Of a stretch of 64,000 bases of DNA, positions 63,671 to 64,000 are shown one piece after another. The DNA is from Tubiluchus corallicola. Lineage: Eukaryota > Animalia > Priapulida. Made by a program: the position numbers and the translations under genes. The stretch's first letter is position 1. The number at the start of each line of letters is the position of its first letter. The notes under the pieces were generated by a model, which saw nothing but the letters and a program-made list of their open reading frames with translations, was not told the DNA's origin and searched no databases. The stretch spans positions 248,001-312,000 of the forward strand of contig JAQGDQ010000217.1 in the NCBI GenBank assembly GCA_030141605.1, read 5' to 3'.

Positions 63671-64000
63671 CTGAAAAACGAATTTTACAATAATAGCGAT
63701 GAACAGGAATGCTAATAGCGTTTTCGGCAAGTACATAAGAAAGTTGGTAAAATAGTGTACAGTTAACGAAATGCCATTTACTTTTACCTCCTCTACATTG
63801 TAATGGTACAATCCATTATGAAGCCTCTGAGTGTAGACACTGAACAACACACATAAAATTGCCCACAGGCAATGGTTCATTGTTCAGTAGCAGCGCGGAT
63901 CACTGCACTTGCTCCGTAGAGCAGTATGGAAGATGCAGGACAAGTTTGTTGACAGGTTTAACTTTAATTCCCACCTCGGAATGTTTAATGGAGCAAAATT

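Overview
AT-rich, intron-containing invertebrate animal genomic DNA (not prokaryotic). I assembled four spliced protein-coding genes by hand from splice sites and family motifs: spastin (+, 5' end outside the window, 12 exons, 1313-12476), a cytosolic sulfotransferase (-, 27041-23139), tau-tubulin kinase/Asator (+, 41422-55009, about 1468 aa, with a 3351-nt exon), and the 3' end of a NAALADase/GCPII-like M28B peptidase (-, 63670-60066). The rest holds decayed LINEs, hAT, Kolobok and Tigger-like DNA elements, a SINE-like family, a tRNA-Lys relic and mini/microsatellites. Most notable: a twister self-cleaving ribozyme fold (16059-16000, -) upstream of a Rex/Babar-like LINE relic; a tandemly duplicated last exon of the sulfotransferase; a GC-AG intron splitting spastin's Walker B Asp codon; a possible UGA-C readthrough adding a Cys-cluster tail to TTBK; and a LINE 5' junction carrying a 16-nt inverted copy of nearby DNA. 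No database searches were run; family calls come from recognised motifs.
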